Positions 14,034 to 29,058 of a DNA stretch of 64,000 bases are shown piece after piece; within the stretch, counting starts at the first letter, position 1, and every line of letters starts with the position of its first letter. The notes beneath the pieces were generated by a model. That model was not told where the DNA came from. It did not search any database and worked only from the letters and a program-made list of their open reading frames with translations. Origin of the DNA: Eledone cirrhosa (Eukaryota); assembly GCA_964016885.1 (NCBI GenBank), contig OZ024751.1:38502001-38566000 (forward strand). The letters run 5' to 3'. Made by a program: the position numbers and the translations under genes.

Positions 14034-14210
14034 GTGTATTGGCAGAGTTGTTAAATTGTCGGATACAATTCGATTTGAGTTAAAATCCCGGCTAGTTAAC
14101 GTGTGTTTCGCAGTGTGTTATGCTTCCTTTCTCCTGAAGAAACCGACCATGTTCACTGTGAGTCAGTATGAGGCACCACCAGATTTACGTCCTAAAACTT
14201 CATCAGAACC

Positions 14211-14259
<49 letters not shown>

Positions 14260-15566
14260 ATATATGTGTGTGTTTGAACATGAAAAGTATTTTTTTTGTA
14301 AATTAGTATTTTCCATATCATTTCTAACAAAGCTTAATTGAATAAAGTAAATTGAAATCACGTATAAGTCGAAGTGAATATGGTATATGAAGAATGTGTT
14401 GACAAATTAATTACAATGATGAGAGAACCAATCGGCGATCACTGCTAACATATATAAAAACGAATTAACTGTTATCCCAGAGGAATACACATTTTCTAAA
14501 TCTGCCGGGAAAAAATGTCTATTATTTATTTTTATATTTTTTAGGCTCATTTGTATACATTGATTCACCAAAATAATCTTTTTTGAGCGTAATTGTTTTT
14601 TGTGTGATATATTTCACAGCTTATTATTGTATTATTGTTGAGATAATTACCTTCAAAATGTACAATTATTAATGAGATTTCTTTTCCACATTGCCATGTA
14701 CCTTTTTATTTTGTCCGACAGAATAATCATTGACTTCGAAAAGTCTCGGTAACACCCCTTCCTCCCTCAAGATCAATATATGGAAATCGGCAAATGATAA
14801 ACCCCACCAACAAAACAACAACAATACTACTAATAAACATAAAGTAAAAAAAAGAAGAAAATAAAAATAAAATGTTATTTTGATATTTATGTTTCCATAT
14901 TTCAATTAGGAATATAATTTTAGAATAAATTTGTCAGCAATTTACTAACTATTTCCATTATTGTAAAGTTAATCTTTGCGCTTTATCAAAAATATCAAAG
15001 CAAAACAATACAAAAGAAAACTCATTATTGAAGATGCATAATTTACATCTTATTTTAGTTTAAGAACGAAACAACGCTGTAGAAAATACGAATGAGTTTT
15101 ACTACTCAAGGGTAATCACCGCGTAAATAAAATTGAAAGCGAAATTATTTTAGATATTTGTCCACCAGGACGTTGAATGCTGCTCTACAGGACCAAACCA
15201 TGTTCTATTACGATCATTAAAAAAGAAGACATGAAGAAAAAACCCCAGAAAATAAAACAAATAAAATGATATGTGGAAAGACTGGAAGACCTCGGCATCA
15301 ATTGCCAATTGATTCCTGTTGATATTTAGATAATTAACTGAGGAGTTTTATCGAGGGTTTCAGCTAATCTATTAGTTATAACGTGAGCTCTTGCATGTAT
15401 GTGATTTATTTTTTTTTTTGGGGGGGGGGGGGGGTCATGCGTGTATCATTCGTAGGTGAACATATGATACATACAATAACGTTATTTTCTGTCCAAAATA
15501 CGTTTTTTATTTCCATTATGTTTGTTACCCTTCTGGCAAATATTGAATAGCTACGAATACTAATAC

Positions 15567-15570
<4 letters not shown>

Positions 15571-15612
<42 letters not shown>

Positions 15613-15650
15613 AAACAACAGCATCAACAACAACGACAACAATAATAACT
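15571..15650. repeat. (CAA)n microsatellite
   Basis: Direct reading. Confidence 0.9.
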
Positions 15651-15729
15651 TAGGAAAGCTCAATTGATTATAAATATATGAGCATTGAAGTTGAGAGAAT
15701 GTGGCATATTAAAGGCAGTAAAATACAAA

Positions 15730-16535
15730 TGATTGTCGATGCATTTGGAATGATAAAACATGTAACTCAAAAATATTTGGCCCAGATACCTAGAAAGCCA
15801 TCTCTGGAAGAGAGATAGAAGATAGTGGCTAATGACAATCCCTTGGAACAAAGTGTATGAGATACGGTATTGACAAGGAGGAGGCTAGCCCACTTTGTAG
15901 GATTTGTGGAGAGATAAAGAGGGAAAACTGTGACACACATCGTATCGGAGTGTAAATAACTAGCCCAGACTCACTATAAAGGATGGAGGTATGTTATTAT
16001 TGGCATATAAGCAACCTGAATAAATTAATACATTCTGAGAAGTGGTATGAGCATAAGCTAGTGATAGAAAACAATCGAGTGAAGGAACTGTTAGATTTCG
16101 GGATAGCAACGGACAAGGAATTAGTAATCAATAGACCAGACCTGGGTGGTTTTGACAAAGAAAAAACACATTGCTTGATTATAGATGTAGCTTGCCCCTT
16201 TGATACAAGAGTGCAAGAAGAGGCGAAGGAGAAAACTAAACTGTTCCATGATTTAAAGTGGGAATTGAAAATGATTTGTAACTGTCATGATATCAGGGGT
16301 TTCTCCATCGTAATAGGAGTACTTGGTATTATCTCCAGTAGATTCCAAGGTTGGTTAAAGAAAATGAGCCCAGCCCTATATATTAGAACACTCCAAAAGA
16401 CATGCCTACTGGGAACAGCAAGGACCCTCCGTTACGTTCGGAATATCTGTGTCTGCAGTCAGTGGCTTGATGTTAATTAAAACACATTTTCTGGTTAAAT
16501 AACATCAACGACTGATATATTAAAGTAATAATAGT
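15730..16535 (+). mobile_element. Degenerate 3' fragment of an R4/Dong-type non-LTR retrotransposon (CCHC knuckle plus restriction-like endonuclease)
   Basis: Frameshifted CRICGE..ETVTHIVSEC at ~15890-15955; WYEH, RPDL, IIDVACPFD, IVIGVLG, LQKTCLLGTARTLR in ORF 15983-16480; short TAA tail. Confidence 0.88.
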
Positions 16536-16877
16536 ATTACAGGTGTTTAATTCCTAGAACACAGAACGAAGTATTTGTTATATTTTTGCTTATCCTCTTA
16601 ACTTTGAATTCAATTTCAGTTTCAGTGAAATAGTAATTTACTCTTTATTGGTTTGAACATACAGCAGCTATATATTAATGTCGAATTATTTGACTTTTGT
16701 ATAATATTACCTGGAATGCAATTTCCTTCATTAAAATAGTCCATTGGGTTCTGATGTCTGATTTCTTGCCCTTCCAACAGCAAAATTCCAGAGACAGAGT
16801 AATTCCAGAGATAAAGAAATGATTATAGTCTAGAAGCTACAAATATTTTGCTTAGCTGGTCTTGTTCAGTTTATTTA

Positions 16878-16938
<61 letters not shown>

Positions 16939-18214
16939 TGCTTAATTTATTAACCCACCTTTTGAATTTGTAAAATCGGAATTTCTTTTGTGTGTTTTAT
17001 CAAAACTAAATCAACTAAATTTGTACTTGTGTGATCTACATTTACACACCCGATATTTACTGGGCAATTGGTTGTAATGTGTGTTTTTTATATGAGAAAT
17101 TCTAGACAATTTTTAAACAACCGTCTACTTTATAGTGCTGCTTTCTTTTTTTACTCTTCATTGTTTTCTACTGTTGTTTTTTTTTTTTAAATGATAAAAG
17201 CTTTCGTCTCGAATTGCAAAATATTTCTACATCAGTTTAACAAATGATTTATTTTATCTTTCTTATTTCCATTAACATATTGACAATTTTAACCTACTCC
17301 AAATATCCCCATTGACATTAGAACTTTTACAAGAAGAAATGCTTTAATGATATTAACTGTGGTAAGTAAGTCTAGCTATTTATAGAATCACATCAATTCT
17401 GTAATCATGAAGTTAATATCCTGCCCCCCGAAATGTCCAGGTATTTTCGTCAGACGTCCATACACTACTTGTCTAATGCATTACATTAAAACAATAAAGT
17501 GCTACAAGCCAGATTGTATTTATATATATTTGTCTATATTTCTCATTCACCACGATAATAATTTCAGATGTCCATTAACATAAATGCATTAGTACGATAC
17601 ATTTTTAATTTTTGCAGCTTCACTCACAATTATTGTACTTGGTATTCACAGTTACTACCTATTAGGAAAGTGTAGAATTTTTTACAACGTACGATTCAGG
17701 ACAATTATTTAAGTATGAACATTATATGAATAACAAGATTTCCCCTTTTCATTAACAAAGCGAACGTGGCCTCCCTCTTTCCAGATACGGTTTCGGTCTC
17801 TTTTGAAGCGTGGTGTTTCTCTTACTATTGACCATACAATTGCACTGCTCAATGAATCATGTTGAGACACTTTCTCCAGCGGCAACATGGAGCATTCGAA
17901 TACCAGCTCAGGATTCGCTGCTCGTCAGGCTGAAGAGAGCATAGTGTCGATCGATCTCTTATAAGTTTGCGGTCGAGCTTGCGGCAGTGGAGATTTCCTG
18001 CGTTCTTGACTCTCGGACCATATCTCTAAGCACTGCTATCGGGGCGAAGTTGGTTACCCGCAAGTACGCGCCACACGATTTGGAGTGACTATTTCAGAGC
18101 TTCTCCCTCACCCTCCTGCTGATCGACGTTTTCTAGCTAATGTAAACTGGGACAACTAGAGATTATTAAATAGAGATCTCACAGAGTATACATATATATA
18201 TTATATTTCACATT

Positions 18215-18361
18215 ACTCAGACCATAAAGAGTTACGGCCCTTTATGATCTGAGTTCAAATCCCGCCGAGGTTAATTTTACCTTTCATCCTTACGGGGACG
18301 ATAAAATAAAGTACCAGGAATGCACTAGGTAATTGCTGGCCTTGTGCCACAAGTAGAAGCA
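18215..18361 (+). mobile_element. 5'-truncated SINE with short 5' inversion
   Basis: B box, core and tail present; 18215-18229 is the reverse complement of 18240-18254; 15-bp TSD ATTATATTTCACATT (18200-18214, 18362-18376). Confidence 0.9.
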
Positions 18362-18522
18362 ATTATATTTCACATTGATAGCGTTGTAGAATGAGAATTG
18401 AACACGTGTTGATAGCATTTGAAAATAAATCTCAGCTGTTGAACATGCAAAAGTGAAAATTATATGAGTTATTCTATTCGCTCTTTCCACACCTACCCTC
18501 TCGCTCCCCCTCTCTCTTTATG

Positions 18523-18562
<40 letters not shown>

Positions 18563-18589
18563 AATATATATATATTTCTATATACACAC

Positions 18590-18639
<50 letters not shown>

Positions 18640-19978
18640 TATATACATATATATATAAATATATATATACTGATTGTAATACAGGAATAGATGACTTTCA
18701 AAGTGAAGCTTAACAAAAGGTGAATACAATGTATTACTTTTTTTCGCTACGAAACCTCTCTTAAAATATATAATGACGGAATGAATTACTTCGGTATATG
18801 TCAATATTAATTAAATTCTTAAGATAACTCAGTTGCTTTTTTCTCTTTCTTTCTATTTCTTTAAATATTAAGTATTTAGAACATCTTTGACCCAGCTGCG
18901 AAATGGAAGATCTCCAAATAAACTTCATTAAATATAAAAGGCAGGAACGTATGAATGCTATGTATGGTGTAGCATACAAATTCTGTAGTATTAATTTTTG
19001 TCACAATTATTTCTGTTAATCTACTTCTTATGTTTTAAGTAAATTAAGAATTTCTTGAAATATCTTGCTTCTACTAAAAGGAGAAAATAATGTTAACAAA
19101 ATGTTTAAGAGAATATTTTACCCTATGGATTTTACAGTACTGGATTTCTAATATCTAATTCTGCAGAGGTAAAAATTATTTAATTAATGATCCAACATGT
19201 CTGCAAATAATAAAAAAAAAAATAAAACAATATTCTTCTCCACGTCATTTCAAATTTTTATTATATCTATCTCTTTAGTTAGACCAGTATCTATCTTTCC
19301 ATTTCTAATGTGTGATTCTTTTTTAGATCAATGATACTTGAGTATTGCTGAAGATATTTTTATCTCTGCTTTATAATATGAAGCCGAAATTATAGTTTAA
19401 AATGCAGATGCGTCTCTTCACACGATATCAACAAAAACAACAGACATTATTTTCGTGTAAGAGGAACTTTTGCAATTTCTTCAAGTTTGAAGAGGAACGT
19501 TCCTATTTAACAGACAATAATGAATAACAATATTGAAGAACAAAGCCAGAAGTAGGGGTTAAATTATGTCTTTATATCTCATTGACTAAACATTATATTA
19601 TATTCAATGCACGAAATCATATCATAATTTCTTTGGTTGAACTTTATCACAAATTGATTATATTACGTAAAAGAATTCCATGTTCAGAAATTTGAAGTTT
19701 AAAAAACTTGAAACATTTTTCATGTGATGCATTTCAAAAATAATTATACTAAGAATTTTTTAAAATTTATATAACACTGAGAGCTAATATCCTTGAATAA
19801 AGGTAGAACTTGTGTGAGGACGAAAATCTCCAACCATTACATAAATACAAACTCATTTCAATATCAATAGCGCTCGACTCTGCCGTTTGCGTCAACCGAA
19901 ATAATTTCCTGAACAACCCACAGAATATTTGAGAAATACATATTAATGAAGCCTGAGTTCTTATGCTTGTATGGTCAC

Positions 19979-20115
<137 letters not shown>

Positions 20116-22203
20116 ACACACACATACATATTGCGTCTAGGATGACTCAAAATCTCTTATAATAGCCCGTTTTCATGTTCTAATCTCCGAACTCTTGTAC
20201 TCCTGATAAAGTTCTACCCTTCGTTACGTCGAGCTTTTTTCTCTCTTTACTCCAAAACATGAAACTAGTAAGACTAATAGTTTTTATAACTTTGTGTTTA
20301 CCTTTTTTTACATTCTGTGTATATGAGTGTGTGTGTATGTGTGTGTTTGTGTCTGTGTGTAGCGTTTGAATAGAATTCTTTCTGTGGACAAGTTTAAGCG
20401 TAATTGTATTCTGTTTGACAACAGAAGTTACCGCAAAACCTGTAAAGTCATTCTTTTATATTTTTCAGTCTTTTATATTTTTCAGTGTATAAAGAAAATA
20501 ACAGCTTATATGTTACATGATTATATGTTCACAGCGAGGTTTCTAAACTGTGTTTCTATGAATATCGAATGTGTGTGAGTGTGTGTGTGGGGGGGGGGGG
20601 GGATATATATACATGCATCATTATCACAGTCTTCACTTGACAGTTATACAGCTAGACAGAGGGGAAGAGATAGTTGCATAAATGAAGGCTGATAAACGAA
20701 TATTCAAAGAAGCCACGAAAAAGATGGCCGCAAACTATCAAAATATCCATGATGATAAAGTAGTGAATTATCAGATCTTGGCTTTTGTGTTTAAATCTGC
20801 ATGAGTGCCTAGGTTCTGTTTTGATGCAAGACCTCTTAAGATTCTTTATACCTTCTTATCGTAAATATCGTCTAGAATACTCAAGGAGAGATTAACAGTG
20901 AAAAATCAATAATACAAACAGTTTAAAAATAAATTCCACTTACAGTGTATATATATATATATATATATTATCGTGTTTGTGTGGGCGTTATGTCTTTGGC
21001 TATGTGTATCTAGAAACGGAGAAGTTATATACATGTACGAACAGAATGAGAAGAACTCAATACGAGAAATGAAACACACACTGGGTTTGACTTAGTATTA
21101 ATAGCCGCGATAATGAGTACACAATACCATAGCACATTTTCATATTTTTTCTTTATTAAACTAATTTTCTGTCCTGTTCTTCTGGACAACATTTTTCTCA
21201 TGTACAAGGTACACTTTTCTGAGGAACCTGAGTCATCAAATACCACACATAGAAGGAAACCAATAGAAATATATAATTATATTTGTATAAGATTTGAACG
21301 AATTAATAGCCAGGAATGATATAAATTCTAAAATAAAATGATCGAGGCTGTTTATAATCATTGCGACCATTTGTAAGTCAAAGCTAGTATACGTGTGCAG
21401 AGGACATTGCAGATTATTTTGTTCTGTTTTGTGAAAGAGAAAGCTTTCCAAAATATTTGGCGTGGTATATACGTACGTATATGTATCCTACAACATGGAT
21501 AAGAAACAGGAACATGTTTTGAGTGTACTATTTTAGAAATTTATAAAGTAGTGGAAGTTTATAGAAGAAGTGCACTCTGACAACAGGATCATGATATAAA
21601 TTCCTCATCAACTAATATCGTCGTCTTGCCCTACGTTACATGCCCCTGCACGTAGTTATTTTTATATATTTACATTCTATGTGTTTATTCTAATATATTA
21701 TTTTGCATTAAAATTGGCGCTCCATATATTTTATGTTTAACCAATCCTTGTTTACCAGGCTAACAAATGCACAAACTTCAACGTTTTCTTAAAGATTCAT
21801 TCATCATTATTTAGGCAAGTATCTTAAAGTCTTTACTTCTTTGATGAGATTTTAATAAGACGAAAATGTGAGTCATTGGCTGATATTGTTTTTTCCTCAA
21901 GGCATATATGTTAAATATTTCTATTTAACATTTTATTATTTCACGCATTAAATACATTAACACGAACTTACTTACAGTGATTGAAGAGTGTTGTTCAGTG
22001 ACTCACTGCAACACAGCATGGTGAACTATTTTAATGCTCTGCGTTGATCCTGTTTGTAGCAGCACGTTTGTATATATATATATATATATATACAGAACTA
22101 TTTAGAGATCAACATAATAGCACATCAGATATGCACACATACACAGGTGCATGTGTTTACATATTTAAGTATATGTAAGTATATTTATATATAAGTATAT
22201 TTA

Positions 22204-22387
<184 letters not shown>

Positions 22388-22394
22388 TGTGCGT

Positions 22395-22475
22395 TTTGCG
22401 TTCGATTCAAGGAACGGTGTGTCCTTGAGGATGATATTTTATTTTACATGGTTCCAGTTCACCTAAAATGGGCAA
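22395..22475 (+). mobile_element. Degenerate CORE-type SINE fragment
   Basis: GTTCGATTC B box then TGTGTCCTTGAG..TTTATTTTACATGGTTCCAGTTCAC, similar to the reverse complement of 43035-43115. Confidence 0.55.
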
Positions 22476-22559
22476 ATATATCTCGACTAGACAAGACACA
22501 TTGCTTTCCAATGAATATCCCTGAGAACTACGACAAATGTGTCTCATCCTGCTACCCCG

Positions 22560-22591
<32 letters not shown>

Positions 22592-22760
22592 GTGTGTGTA
22601 TGTGTATGTATGTGTGTGTGTGTGTGTGCGAAAAACCACTGACCCTCCATCTCAATTTTACTTTTGAAATGCAGAAGAACTGCGAAACCGGTAAAGGAAC
22701 CAAATAAATATATATTTTAAAAAAAAAGACTCCATTTGCATTTTCGATTTCATCTTTTTT

Positions 22761-22923
<163 letters not shown>

Positions 22924-22957
22924 CGTGTGTGTTGGGATGTATGCGTGTATGTACATA

Positions 22958-23015
<58 letters not shown>

Positions 23016-23801
23016 TGCATATGTATGTATGTGTGTGTGGTGTATATGTGTGAGTGTATGCTTGTATATATGAGTGTGTGTATTGATGTGGTTGAGTGTT
23101 AGCTACTCTAATGTATATCCTATACGAAGTGAGTAGTGCGTCAGTCATATATAAGTGTTATAGAATGGTATATCTCGTTTGACTATGTTCGTCTCTTCCT
23201 ATGTATTTTATTAACTGCTAAAGTTGATACGAGTCTTATGGGAGGAGTAACACGTATACTTCGAACGATCTAATGGAAAAAAAGAATGTCATTAATAGTT
23301 ATAAAATGAACATATGTGCACGAACGATAACATTTTTGGAAATATAAATCATGAATTTTTATTTTTTTTGTACCAATCTTATTTTTAATCCCGTTAACTT
23401 ATATATTGTTTTTTTGTTGGGGGGGGGGGGGTATTTGTAGAAATAGATGTAAGCAAACATACACACTCACACACATACAAATACACACATATATATACAC
23501 ACACACACATATATATATATACACACACAGACACATATATACTCACACATATATATATAGATATATAGATATATATGAAAGTATACATGTATGTGTGTGT
23601 GTGTATGTATACGAATACACAGACATACATGTATGCATGTACCTCTACACACATACACATATATATATATATAATTATATACATACACACACACACGCGC
23701 ACACACATACATACATACACAGACAAACATACATACATACGTACACACACACACACATACATACATACATACATACATACATACATACATACATACATAC
23801 A

Positions 23802-23834
<33 letters not shown>

Positions 23835-24349
23835 CCATTAATATTACAGCGTAATGAGATTTACGCGCTAATAACTTACCTTGAAATATATTAACGCAAT
23901 TATTGGATTTGCGTTTCATGAAACATCATAATCCCTGCAGAAAGAGAGGGAAAATACATATACTCCTCTGAGATCTCTAGCTTTAAATAAACTGATCACC
24001 ACTGCCATCACATCTAACTACATTGATATCCTTGTTGGTAGTGGTGGTGAAAGTGTCCGCCAAAAATAATCACAGCTGAGAAGTAACTTTAATAATATAT
24101 GGAAGAAAAGTTTAAAAATAGTATGTGAAAAAAACCCAAAAAACATATTGATATTTGCGACGCTTATGTTCACACGCCAGGGAGATAAAGAGAGAGACAG
24201 TGTGTGAACATATGATCAGGAGAAGTACGATACAGACATACCTATATTTATATATAAATACATAAAGCCATAAACAGACAGCTATATTGGACACGCACAT
24301 AGTTCTACAAAACAAAAAGAAGAGAGTATACATATGTGCGGATACATAG

Positions 24350-24454
<105 letters not shown>

Positions 24455-24462
24455 CATACACG

Positions 24463-24496
<34 letters not shown>

Positions 24497-24718
24497 AATA
24501 TAGCGCATTCAGGTCGTACAGACATAATTGATCACAATTCATGAAATAATAATGAAAGCATGACCATAAGTTGACTTGTCCTATTTCTTTTAGGATTTTA
24601 TTTTTCTTTGTTATATATATTTTTGGTTTTTCATCCATAATCGATGGTGTTGACAGCGAAAGAGGCGGGAGGAAGGAAGAGAGAGCTGACAAAAGAGAGA
24701 GAAAGAGGGAACAAAAAA

Positions 24719-24800
<82 letters not shown>

Positions 24801-24853
24801 ATATACATGTATATATACACATATATATATACATGTATGCATATATATACATG

Positions 24854-24899
<46 letters not shown>

Positions 24900-25993
24900 T
24901 TTATTTATATATATAATAAAATTCATTATGTCTCGAATATTTTCAGTATAAAAAACAAGTCCCCAGTGATTGACTTGTTAGAGACAGTTTATTTTGGAAA
25001 CCTGATTGACCGAAAGGACACAACAAACCATCCACAATATCCCTGACAGTTTTCAAACAAATACCATCTTTCGTCTGTACGCGTTTATTTCGTTGAAACT
25101 TTAAGCTAGTTATTTAGCAGATCCGTATCTTCTTTGCTTGAAATCTACCATATTTCTATTGTATATTTATATTTCATCCTTATCTTTCATTCAAATCCTA
25201 TCTTTTCTGTGTCTGACATTTTACACACATTCTCTACTGCTAGTCTATGTATTAATGCCTATTTCCTTGCTATATATTTTGCTTTATATGTGTTCTACGT
25301 CTAACATTCTATTTTCCACCCATTCCTATATTAATTTTTATTTGTTTAGTATGGGCAGTGATGTTATATTATTTCCTGTCTGTAATGTTTTCCTTCTACA
25401 ACTGATATTCTATTTATTCATCCATCCATCTATCTATTTATCCATCCATCCAGTTATCCATCTATCTATCTATGCAGTTATCCATCCATCTATCTCTCAT
25501 CCGTTGATGTCTTCACTACATGTGTTGTGTTTTATGTGTTTCATTTTTTACAGAAAAACTGTTGGGGAAAATAACTATGAAAAATAATGTCGTATGGGAT
25601 AACATAACAATTTATTGATTTCAAATGTCTGCAGTCTGTAAATCATTTGCCGAGAAAACAATTTCAAACCAGATCTGACTATGTTCCATAGTCATTCTAA
25701 GTGAAATGGGATTAAAGTGTTATGCATCGCTAGTCGTAGCCCAATCACATTTTGATTAGGTAGGTACAAAAGAAGAAAATATAATTTCATTTAGTGTATA
25801 GAACTCTATGTATATATGTATAGTTACTGCATAATATACGCATACAGTTTTAATTGTACATACATAAAACTATACGCATGCGTGTATATATGTATATGTG
25901 TATATAATATATATATATAAGCGTATGTATGCATATATATATGGGTGTGTGTGTGAGTGATTTTGTCACCTATATATATGAATAGGACACACA

Positions 25994-26032
<39 letters not shown>

Positions 26033-27133
26033 TTATTTGCATGGGTGTGCTTTTGTATGAATATATGTGTGCATATATTATTTTCAGTATATATGATTTT
26101 CTTATTCTCTTTTAGAAATACATCATTACTTTTCCCCCATGGTGGAGCGTCGCTGGGATTGTGTAGAAGATACGCAGCAAGTAAATAATTTTAAACAAAG
26201 ATACAGAATATGAATAAGAATAATATTAATCCTATTCAGTTCTCCATCGAAGAAGACTGTATGTTGTAATGTCTTTACGGTATGTCATTTACTCTTGTAA
26301 TTTTGCTGTCTATGTATTTAATATAAAGGTATTTTCCTTGTGTTTTTCTCTATCGGATTTCACAGAATTGTTTTCTCTATGACACAAAGAAACAAGCTGG
26401 TTTATTTCGAGGTTTTGACGGTGATTGATATTTGAGAGATACTTAGCTGCTATATCTAGCAGGGGAATTTCACCGACCATAAGATATTACCATACTAAAA
26501 TATTCTAGGTAATAGAATCCCACCAAAAGAAGGTATAACCCCAATAGATGTTAATATTTTACACGTAATAAATTGTGAAGGATTTATTAGTTGAGTTCGC
26601 TGCAAATCATTCTTGGTCTATATCCGTTTGATAACATGTCCAAGTTGTTGATTCTGGCTCTTCGAACAGTATTGAATTATCGTATTCCGATCCATATTAA
26701 TCATTACAAGAATAAATAACAATTAGATGAATAGGTTATGGTTGTGTTGTTTTGCCATATCACAACCATTATCGAAAGGACAGATTTTTTCCTGTCATAA
26801 CCATCCTGTATATTGTGAAAGATATATGGTTAAATTAATCTAATATATCATATATGATTTTAAGACACTCAGGTGTGTGGATTTGTAGGAGGTTTACATC
26901 TATACCCAGCAGTTCCTTTGACCGGGTTAGGGAACCCCGTTGGCTCGTGAATTTAGTAGAATATTTTATTATGAGCGATTCGATATACGTCAACACCCAC
27001 TAAAACATAACATCTATGCACACACACACACACACACACACACAGAGGTATGTATGAGTGTGGTTATATACATATATACGAATAGCATACAGGAAACCCT
27101 TTCGCTTGTCTGCAGCCCTCTCTCCATCATTAT

Positions 27134-27242
<109 letters not shown>

Positions 27243-27790
27243 GTGTGTGTATGTATATGTATGTATATGTGCATGTATGTTCGTCGCTTATGTGGGCACA
27301 TATAGCTAATATACATATATAATGCAGTTAACACTAGTGATAGTATGCTTGAGAATTTTTAATTTGCGACAGTTTTAATGTATTTATATATTTAGTGATT
27401 ATTGCTATTTTTTTTTTATTTGTGAATCTTAAATTTAAAACAATTCTAGTAGAGAAGAAATACGTATATTGCTCTCACGTATGTTAAATGAAAATCACAT
27501 CGACCAGCCCTGAAAGTATTAATTAAAATTTCGGGAATCGGTAAATTCGTGAGTTGATTACAGCACAAAATACCAATGATAAATGCGTCTTTTTTAATTA
27601 GATAAGAGAAGAGAATTGCTCATGTTTTATTCCTTTGTATTTATATTTACTTAAATTTTTTTTTTTTTGTTCATCGTCTTGTCGTTAATGTTGTCCATCA
27701 TGATTTCATTATATCAAATTGTGACGTGTCGGATGGTCCAATCTAACATAAAACAGAACGCAAAATCTAAATCAATAATTAAACTACACT

Positions 27791-27892
27791 CGCAGGCATT
27801 GTTGCATGGTTAAATCGTTTGATTCTCAACTCCGTGAAGCGGTTTTCACGTAGTTGAGAATCAAACGATTTAACCACGCAAGCATGCCTGCG
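27791..27892. repeat. Near-perfect ~48-bp-arm palindrome resembling a duplicated SINE 5' head
   Basis: CGCAGGCATTGTTGCATGGTTAAATCGTTTGATTCTCAACTCCGTGAA and its reverse complement, separated by ~5 nt. Confidence 0.85.
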
Positions 27893-28016
27893 GTTTTCAG
27901 TCACGCAGAGCGCTCCGACGTTGTTAACATATATATTGCTGTAACCTCTAGTTATCTCGTGAGTGGTATTTGGTAGACGGTAACTGCAAAAGACTTTCGT
28001 ATAGGAATATATATAT

Positions 28017-28190
28017 ATTGTTTCTACTTTTGGCACAGGGCCAGCAATTATCTCAGTGCATTACTGGTACTTTATTTTATCGACCTCGTAGGGATGAAAG
28101 ACAAAGTTAACCTCGGCGGGATTTGAACTCAGACCTTAAAGGGCCGTAACTCCTTGCTGACCCTCTACTGATACTGCCAATATACCGCCC
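28017..28190 (-). mobile_element. tRNA-derived SINE, short-body subfamily
   Basis: Reverse complement of 5839-6021 with a small internal deletion. Confidence 0.92.
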
Positions 28191-28430
28191 TAATATATAA
28201 ATATATATATATATATATATGAGACCATGTCTACGTAACGCATCTCAAAAATTAGACCGATAAAACAGGTAACAGACTTTAAAAACCAATAAAAATATAA
28301 TCGATATGATCATCTAAATCAAGGTAATGCCCATCATACCCATAGACTAATGACTAAAATTTGCAATAAATAAATAAATAAATAAATAAAAGTATATACA
28401 CATGCACAAGTACACATATATTAACTAGAT

Positions 28431-28593
28431 CAGGCATGTCAAACTGATGGTCCCCCCGAGGGCCACATGTGTCACATGTGTTGGCTGAAGACCACATATT
28501 ACAACTATTTTCTTTTTATTTTATATTACGGAGATAAAACCTTTGTACGGCCTGCAGATGTGCTTGTAAAGGGCCGCATGTTTGACATGCCTG
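28431..28593. mobile_element. hAT-type MITE (163 bp)
   Basis: Perfect 14-bp TIR CAGGCATGTCAAAC/GTTTGACATGCCTG; 8-bp flanks AACTAGAT and GTGTAGAT resemble the NNCTAGAN target of Charlie/Buster hATs. Confidence 0.8.
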
Positions 28594-28645
28594 GTGTAGA
28601 TAGATGAGAAACAAAATGAGGATGTACTTTATGGAATACCCAAAT

Positions 28646-29058
28646 GATTTAGAAGTCGACCTTAAGTAGGAGAAATAACATCAAGAAATACATGAACGGC
28701 ACACATCATTTTGTATTGAAAGTTTGGAAAGTAGGTTTATAAGCATGAATTTTAGCTCCTAGAGACGTTGGAGATCCTGGTCTTGGGTTCAATTCTGGTC
28801 AAGAAGTACATGTAATCTTTTTCAGTTTTCATTTTACATCCTATAGAAAAAACTGAAAAGGTTTACTGGGAACAGTACTCCCGACCAGGATCGAACTTCA
28901 GACCAAGATCACCACTGTCTATGATTCCTCCAACTAGGGCAACGAAACATTTACGAAAGTATAATGAAAATTAATAATTATAAATCTACTTTGAAAATCA
29001 AAGTTAAAAAGATGCTTTCCTAGTGCTATTAGTCGTATTTAGGGTCGACTTGTTAATC
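28646..29058. mobile_element. Old ~410-bp degenerate fold-back element with a B-box-like motif in each arm
   Basis: Nested inverted matches: AAGTCGACC/GGTCGACTT, AAAGTAGGTTTATA/TATAAATCTACTTT, GATCCTGGTCT..GTTCAATTCTGGTC/GACCAGGATCGAAC..AGACCAAGATC, CTTTTTCAGTTTT/AAAACTGAAAAGG. Confidence 0.7.
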
